From positions 22,129 to 86,128 of the forward strand of contig NW_019218332.1 in assembly GCF_002571385.2 (NCBI RefSeq): a stretch of DNA of 64,000 nt, given 5' to 3'. The DNA is from Stylophora pistillata. Taxonomy: Eukaryota. Each line of letters starts with the position of its first letter. The stretch's first letter is position 1. The notes beneath the pieces are model-generated. The model did not search any database. It saw only the letters and a program-made list of their open reading frames with translations, and was not told where the DNA came from. Below are positions 63,830-64,000 of the stretch, piece by piece. The translations under genes and the position numbers were made by a program.

Positions 63830-64000
63830 GAGCCTTAACACCCCAACATCAGTATGCATATTCTCCATACTGGGCTCTATACTGACAAGGAGAGTTTTTT
63901 AAACCAATCAAGAGCTTTTCTAGTTGGTGACTGATTTCCTTTATACTCTTGATCTGAATGTTTGATTTAAGCGTGACACTCTTAGGAGAAAACATATACT
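63830..64000. mobile_element. Probable MITE fragment at window end
   Basis: ccttaacaccccaacatcagtatgcatattctccatac...tgacaaggaga resembles a common anthozoan TTAA-type MITE (recalled). Confidence 0.4.

Overview
Eukaryotic, AT-rich genomic DNA with six N gaps. The repeat families and receptor types suggest a scleractinian coral or other anthozoan (inference). The window is a cluster of nine class A (rhodopsin-like) GPCR loci. Six are minus-strand, four-exon neuropeptide-receptor-like paralogues that share intron positions and phases (2/0/0) and an invariant 271-bp exon 2; the first lacks exon 4 in the window and the sixth runs into a gap. The others are a two-exon relative with EVF instead of ERY whose intron holds a decayed CRE-type RLE retrotransposon, a frameshifted GPCR pseudogene, and an intronless plus-strand GPCR. 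A ~15-16 kb tandem segmental duplication (about 17.1-32.9 kb and 32.9-47.9 kb) has a visible junction, and the three receptor copies inside it are 5'/3' mosaics, probably partly an assembly artefact. The intergenic DNA holds Penelope-like RT fragments, minimal hammerhead-ribozyme-like motifs, a tRNA-derived SINE, MITEs, a LINE fragment and a 44-bp minisatellite carrying ACTACATTTCCC. It also holds a recurring family of elements ending in a long imperfect hairpin, one with a decayed Crypton-like N-terminus. All calls come from manual reading; no database searches were run.
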